Assembly (NCBI RefSeq): GCF_009914755.1
Contig: NC_060947.1
Reading direction: 5' to 3' (one strand)
Origin: the human T2T-CHM13v2.0 reference genome, Homo sapiens
Length of the DNA: 64,000 bases
In this document: piece by piece, positions 55,861 through 64,000 of the stretch
Layout of the letters: every line of letters begins with the position of its first letter
How positions within the stretch are numbered: the stretch's first letter is position 1
Notes under the pieces: generated by a model
Databases searched by the model: none
Seen by the model: only the letters and a program-made list of their open reading frames with translations
Told to the model about the DNA's origin: nothing
Program-made: the position numbers and the translations under genes

Positions 55861-57587
55861 TATAGATAATTTAAAATAAATAATAAGTTTTTAAAATTCC
55901 CACATTAAATACAGGGATGATATGGAGTGATGTTGTCCACTTCTTTTCTTACCTGCAGTCCCATATAGGATTTGGTGACATGGTTGCAATTGTGAAAAAT
56001 TTCAGTGCTGACTCGCCAGCCATCTATCCCTTTTACAAAGTAATCTCTTTGAAGATAAGTGAAGGATTTAGAGATTGGGCTGCTTTCCATTTGTTATTTT
56101 CAAGATAAACCATTCTCAGAATTTTTCAGGTTTCCTCACTTGGGTACGAGACAATTTCTGAAATCAGTTTTTGTTCTATAAGAACAAATTTATGAAATTC
56201 GGTATCACTACATGGACATGTTTTAGCTGGTGAAAAATTGTGTTATGATAAATGGGGAACATACAAATTTTCCCTTTTTTGTTATCTTTGGCTTTTTCTC
56301 TGTGTTATACAGATGTTGAGCTTTCTGCAATATGCAAACAGTTTAGTAATTTGCATTGCAAATAGATTACAAGTAAGTGACCTTTGCAAAGTGCTTCTGC
56401 CTAGCGAGTCCCTGGAATGAATCTGTTTTATTTAGGGAAGAGAGGCTAGAAAACAGAAATGTCACTTTCATTCTTTGCTAAAAAATGAAGAGTCTTCTTT
56501 CTGCTATGCTTAAATATGATGATAAACATTTTCTTAAAAACCAATATATATATGATGACAGTCTCAAAGGTAAAAATCAGAATGTTTTTATATGAAGCAT
56601 TACGTGTACCCTTCCATTGCTAAAAAGGAAAGTAGAGTCTGTCAGAAATGTGTTTGTTTTTTCGGGTCTATTGACACAAAAATGGGCTTGAGGACTAAAA
56701 GATTTAATGTGGCTTGTCAGCATGAAAGAGGCTGTTGTGTTGTTAATGTGAATGCTAATACTTACGTAGCATAAAAAAAGAACATAGGAAGTGGGCATCT
56801 CACTTTTAAAATCATGGTGTATTCCATAAGTGTCAGCTGCAAAGTAACTTTCCAGAAATGGTCTGATTTCCCCATTGACTTCCATTATAGAACTAGAGCT
56901 GTGTTCCCATGGAAAATAAATTTGGCCCCAGGTTATAATAAAACACAGTGAAGAATTCAGAAAATCTTATAAAGTCAAGTTTTTCAAGGCACAATTATCA
57001 GTACTTGATAAAATAATAACACCACAAAATATTAATACTCTATAGTAGATCTTAAAATAGTATGCCCCAGACTGCACCATTATTTTTCTATACAATTCCA
57101 AGTCTATTACTTTTGCATCTAGAGAAATTTTACTTCTGTGATCATTATTAATTTTTAATGGATTTAACTCTAATTTAAACTGTTGATTTTGTTTCCTTTT
57201 TTCTTTATGGTTAGTCCACTTACCTTTTTCTAAAACATTCTTATCTATGACAATCAAAAGTTACTAGCCATAGAAGAAAGACCAGAAGGAAATGCTCCAA
57301 AATGTTCACAATACTTGTTTCTGAGTGGGAAATTTTAGTTGATTTAAGTTTTTAATTTCTAAGTTGTAAAAAAGGGCCATTTATATCTTCTATAATCAGA
57401 AAAAATGTATTATAATTTCTATAAGTATAAATTTATATATAGTGAGATATCTTTAGTAGGACACATTTATATATTTGGTTCATTTTATGATTTGGTAATG
57501 GTAGTTGTTAAGATCATTTATTCCTTCAAAATTTTTTTAAAACTGGTAAAATTAGTTTCTGGAGATAATAGCTTCTACTTAATTTTC

Positions 57588-57725
57588 TAGAACATACTAC
57601 TCAAAGTGTGGGCCTGGACCAGCAACATCAGCATCACTTGGAAATTAGTTGGAAATGATAATTCTTAGGCCCCTGATCTGGGGCCCCAGGAAACAGCTAT
57701 TTGTGTTTTAACAAGCCCTTTGGGC
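57588..57725. mobile_element. MER5A relic
   Basis: CTACTCAAAGTGTGG..GGACCAGCAACATCAGCATCACTTGGAAATT...TTTAACAAGCCCT. Confidence 0.7.
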
Positions 57726-57773
57726 GATTAAGGTTCTAAAGCTACAGAAAATTCTCTCTAGAGCTACAGCAAA

Positions 57774-57890
57774 TTTTCTTTACCTCTCTCTCCTTCTCCT
57801 CCCTCTCCCTCTGTGTCCCTCTCTCCCTCTCCCCTTCATCCTCTCTTCTCCCTCCCCCCTTCCCTCCTTCTCCGTCTTCCTCCTTTCTTG
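57774..57890. repeat. CT-rich polypyrimidine low-complexity tract
   Basis: More than 100 nt of almost only C/T. Confidence 0.85.
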
Positions 57891-57910
57891 CCAGGCCACT
57901 TCCTCTCCTT

Positions 57911-58428
57911 TATAGAGGAAAAGTAGTTTCTCTTCTCACCCATTGCTGGGTTTGTAGCTGAGACCTCTAAAACAAAAGACAGATTAACAAGAGGAAAACT
58001 TATGGATTTATTTAATATAAGTTTTATGTGACACAGGAGCCCTCAAAAATGAAGACCAAAAGAAATAGGGAAACTTGTATATTTTTATGATTAGGTTTGA
58101 TGAAGAGTGGACAGTAGGGAAATATAATCAGGCAAAGGGGGTATGATCTAATGGTAATGAGCTGGGGGAACTTAGCAAGGCATATTTGTTCAGATTCTTC
58201 TCTGTGTCCATATGTCTCCAGAGATAAGGACATTCTTTTCCTTCAGGTATAGGAGGAGCAGCTCTGAAATGAGGGTCTTATAACCTACTTCAGAGGCAGT
58301 TAAGAGAATCATTTTCTTGCCTGCTTCAGGAGAAAAGGATTAGAAGATCAGAGAGAACTTCCTGCTTTTGCTGATTTCTCAAATGCCAAGGTGCCATATT
58401 TTGGGGAAGTGTGTCTTGAACCCCATCA
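57911..58428 (-). mobile_element. Solo ERV1 LTR, MER39/MER34 family
   Basis: Ends ...CCAAGGTGCCATATTTTGGGG...GAACCCCATCA; 4-bp TSD CCTT. Confidence 0.75.
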
Positions 58429-58497
58429 CCTTCTTCCTTCTCTGTTTCCTTTCCTCATGTGGGTTATGCATATATGTATACACACACACATATATAA

Positions 58498-58851
<354 letters not shown>

Positions 58852-59098
58852 TTATATAGAGATGTATATTAAAAAGAGAGAAAAAAATATATATATATAG
58901 TTTTTTCTTTAAGTTTTTTGCCACTGTTTTCTACCTTACTCATAAAAATATATGAGGCCGTTTTCTGGTATTTATGCCTATATGCTTTCATTTAGCAAAC
59001 ATTTTCTAACAAATGTTCCGTGTGGCTACATATTGAATAGTTCTGCCTAATTTAAAGATCTTCAAGTCTCACTAACCAATATAATGACTCTATCAAGT

Positions 59099-59437
59099 TA
59101 TTTTGGGCTAAAATGTGTCTTCCCCAAAATTCATATGTTGAAGTCCTAACCACCATGTACCTCAGAATGTGACTATATTTGAACATAGGGACTTTAAGGA
59201 AGTAATTAAGTTAAAATGAGCTGATTAGGGTGGGCCCTAATCCAATATGTCTAGTGTAAGAAGAAGCGATTAGGATACAGACAGGGGAACGACTATGGAG
59301 AGACCTCAGAAGAAACTAAACCCACCAGACCCTGATCTCAGACTTCTAGCCTCCAGAATTGTGAGAAAATCAGTTTCTGTTGTTTAAGCCACCTAATCTG
59401 TGGTATTTTACCATGGCAGCCCTAACAAACTAATACA
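59099..59437 (+). mobile_element. Solo MLT1A/B (MaLR) LTR ending 100 nt upstream of the U12 branch site
   Basis: CCCCAAAATTCATATGTTGAAGTCCTAA...TTCTGTTGTTTAAGCCAC...CTAATACA; TSD CAAGT. Confidence 0.85.
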
Positions 59438-59508
59438 CAAGTATTTGTGCATTACTAATGTATTTATAGAAGTGATGATTTAATTTAATCTTAACATCTA
59501 GTGATTGA

Positions 59509-59736
<228 letters not shown>

Positions 59737-60424
59737 TAAAGCATTGCAAGACCTGTTGCTTATATTTCTGAATGTTTTCCTTCTATTGTCATTTTATGTT
59801 CCTATTGACTATATTGATTTCATGTGACATTTTTTTAATAAGAATTGACAGATATTTTATACCTGTGACATGGATAAAAATTAAGTTATAAGTCATGGCT
59901 GGCTTAACATAATGTGGACCTAAATGAATCATCTTCAATGTTAAGTATACATGGGAAATGTTTTACTGAAATTTTATAGGAAATGAATGAATTGGTACTT
60001 AAATAACCCCAATTTTTATATAGCATAATATTATAATTTCACGTAGCGTAAACATTAATATCTAGAACTTTTCACATAATAAATTCAAATGCTGTGATTT
60101 ATAAATAAGTTTCTTTCACAGCCTAAATGAGAAACTGATTTTGAATTGGACTGTGTAAATAACATTGAATACCTAAAGTTTCTTTCACAATGTGGGCTCT
60201 TGTTTTAAACTGGAACTCTTGAGGATCACAGTAAATATTAGCATTAATTGGGGGTGGCAATTAGGGTACAAGTTATGATGCTAAAAGGAATCAAAGGCTT
60301 TGCTATATAAATGCTATGGAAATACACGTCCTCTGCATCTAACAAAGGAGTAGCAGGAAGAGCACAGACTGATTGCAATAGTAACAGAAAGATATGCATA
60401 ATAGTTGATATCAAACAGGTAAAG

Positions 60425-60523
60425 GTGTGTGTGTATATATATATGTGTGTGTATATATATGTGTATATATATGTGTGTATATATATGTGTATTTATATAT
60501 GTGTGTGTATATATATATATATA
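60425..60523. repeat. Compound (TG)n(TA)n microsatellite next to an Alu tail
   Basis: Direct reading. Confidence 0.9.
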
Positions 60524-60871
<348 letters not shown>

Positions 60872-60875
60872 TGAG

Positions 60876-60925
60876 GTATTCCCAAAGCAGTACTTTCTTT
60901 GTATTCCCAAAGCAGTACTTTCTTT
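60876..60925. repeat. Perfect 25-bp tandem duplication
   Basis: GTATTCCCAAAGCAGTACTTTCTTT x2. Confidence 0.95.
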
Positions 60926-61467
60926 GTCAATGCTGTTGCCCTGTGAAATCATTTGATTTTGGTGTGACTTCATCTGTGAGATATGAATATGCTTGTGGAA
61001 ATCAAATTGCTTTCATCTCCTAACCCAGGGCCTATAACCCAGAGCATACCCGAACAGTTAAACAAGCAGCTTTAGTCACAGAAGTTAATCCACAAACTTC
61101 CAGAAGTATGATCATATGTCTTCTTTTTTGCTGAAAATATTAGTTGATTTTTGTCTTTGACCCTTCATAGAGACACATACTTTTTAGCTAACCCATAACT
61201 AGTAGAATATGTTCTACTGGCAATGAGAAGAGGGCTAAGAGAAGTGGTCAAATCATTTTCAAAACTTAAAAGCTGATTATATGCTATGAACACATAAGCG
61301 CACAGGTTATATCTACTTGGATTATTTTCAAAAAGGACAAAACAATGAACATTAAAAAGGAATGATGACCAGAAAATATACTTTAGTTGACACACTGAAA
61401 TGATAAATCCAATAATTTTTTTTGTAACAATGTCTGTGGGTGAATGGATATATAAGAATATGTATGT

Positions 61468-61745
61468 GGCTAGGCGCGGTGGCTCACACCTGTAATCCCA
61501 GCACTTTGGGAGGCCGAGGCGGGTGGATCACCTGAGGTCAGGAGTTTGAGACCAGCCTGGCCAACATGGTGAAACCCTGTCTCTACTAATAATACAAAAA
61601 TTAGCTGGTCGTGGTGGCGGGTGCCTGTAATCCCAGCTACTTGGGAGGCTGAGGCAGGAGAATCGCTTGAATCTGGGAGGCGAAGGTTGCAGTGAGCCGC
61701 TGGAGACAGTGAGACTCTCTGTCCCAAAATAAATAAATAAATAAA
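61468..61745 (+). mobile_element. AluS with small right-arm deletion
   Basis: TSD AAGAATAT(G/A)TATGT. Confidence 0.93.
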
Positions 61746-62034
61746 AGAATATATATGTAAAATATATAAGAATACATATGATTAATATTGTTGATCTCCA
61801 TTTAGATCCTAAAACACTGTCTGTCTTATTATATGTTCCCTTACCTCCCCAATACACAGACACAGAGTAGTAGATGGTGTACTTGCCCCCCCATGTTGCA
61901 GCATTCTTCTAATAATTCCAGTGTTACAGCCTGTGTGTACTCATATTAGCCATATGCCTAGAAGGCTAAGAACTCTACTTGTATCACTTTTCAATCATAA
62001 CTTGTTTTTTAAAAATGTAAGAATATTATTGTTA

Positions 62035-62165
62035 ACGAGACCTGATTTTGTATCCTGGTACTGCCACTAAAAAGCTGTGTGACTTTGAGTAAGTCATTTG
62101 TCCTTTCTAGCTATCCATTTCTGTCTGTCTTTTGTAAAATGAAAGAGTTAAAGGATTGATCTCTA
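62035..62165 (+). mobile_element. MIR
   Basis: TGCCACTAAAAGCTGTGTGACTTTGAGTAAGTCATTT...TGTAAAATGA. Confidence 0.6.
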
Positions 62166-62973
62166 AGAATTCTTTTCCCTGTTAGTAGTCTGAGTCACAG
62201 TTCGAATTTCAGAGATGGCAGAGTCATATATATTACATACATATGTAGGATATGTTTTATGTCTTTCTGCTGACTTCACTGCACATGTAGCTTGAGTACA
62301 GAGTAAGAATTTTTCATATATTGTCACTGAATGTAAATAATTTGATATTCTTATGTCCAGTTTCATGTCCATTTAAGTTAATTTCTTGAGAACCTGTTAC
62401 GATTAACTTTCAAAACAAGTAATCAGATCCTAAATGTGTCAACCAATCTGAAACACTTACCTAATGCACTCCTGACCAGCCATTGCTATCTTTGCCTTAT
62501 ATAACAGTACTGCTACCACTTCTATCTACAAATCTTTATCAACTTGCTGCCATGAGAATTAGGTGTGCAACGTATTAACTGTTTTGAACGTGGGTGGGAC
62601 ATATAACCTCTCTGGGCATTTGTTTCCTTGTCTATAAAAGACGGAAAATAATTTAAGCCATGTCTTCCTCACTACTATCTGAAAAGACCTTGAAACCTAT
62701 GCTATACAGATGTAGAATATTATTAGCCATTCTCTGACTATCCTTTCCATTAACTACTGAAAACCAACTTGATTTTGGTAATGCTCTGGGTCACAGATAA
62801 AAGGAAGAGAATGGTTTCTCTCTATCCATGAGTGGGGACAGACAAACAAATGCAATATAATTTGATAAGTGCTGCCATAGAAATATGTTAAGGTGCGATA
62901 ATAACATAAAGGAGGAACTGCCTAACTCTGCCTGTGTTGGCCAGAGAGGCCTTCATAGAAAAAGTGACATTAG

Positions 62974-63338
<365 letters not shown>

Positions 63339-64000
63339 TTAAGTCGAAGACTCCTAAATCAACATCACCAACTTCAGTCAATCCTTTGTGCTCACCATGT
63401 TCCTGTTTCATAGTGAACTTGAAGTGATTTCACTCTCCCAGGGGAGGGAAGAACCCTGAAAGATTGGCAAAAATTGTAATCGCCAGAAGTTCCCATTTTC
63501 TTAGTGCTTTGTGTGTTTGGCCTCAGGGTTCTTAGCACTAAAAGCATATTGGACTATAGATGGAAGCAATAAAATACCAGTAGTGCTGAGAAGAAAATAA
63601 GAGTTCTGATGCATGTGCTACCAAAAATTACTTCCAAATGAGCTCAGAGTTTCATCTTGGGAGATCTATTTGGCATATGTAGCATAAACAAAATGCACAT
63701 ACCAAAAAATCTTCCTCCGATAGAGATATCCTCTAAAAGATGGGGCAAATACAAATAAAAGAATTTGACATTATGGATTAAGATCTTTTTGAAAGTAAAC
63801 AATTCAAATGAATGAAAGCAGAATTGGATAATGTCTTTGGAAGACTTCTATTAGTTAATATTCCTATTCTATATTACTCAGCTAATGAGGATATCAAAGG
63901 TATTCCAGATGAATGTACAATATATTGGTATCAAGGTATATATAATTAGAAACATTTCTAAATTCAGAATTGAGACCCTTTCTAGTTAGTTTCTCAGAGA

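Overview
Primate (human-like) AT-rich intronic DNA containing one coding exon (+ strand, 59557-59721, 165 nt). The exon encodes [55 protein letters not shown], which I recognise as the C-terminal part of the FH2 domain of the formin DIAPH2. It has a minor-spliceosome (U12-type) acceptor (TTCCTTAAC branch site, no polypyrimidine tract, terminal AC) and a major-type GTAAGT donor, so bases 1-59556 appear to be the distal part of a giant (>59 kb) AT-AC intron. The rest is about 59 Alu-family elements, five solo LTRs with target-site duplications (TSDs), L1/L2/MIR/MER relics, a 7SL retropseudogene and microsatellites. The other listed ORFs are Alu-derived or spurious. The main leads are: a mixed U2/U12 splice-signal cassette at 28.6-29.2 kb, a 237-bp inverted duplication of apparently unique DNA, a 42-bp fold-back hairpin, a 60-nt in-frame cryptic exon, and a CA/TG-flanked cryptic last exon. 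Repeat boundaries and subfamily calls were made by eye and are approximate.
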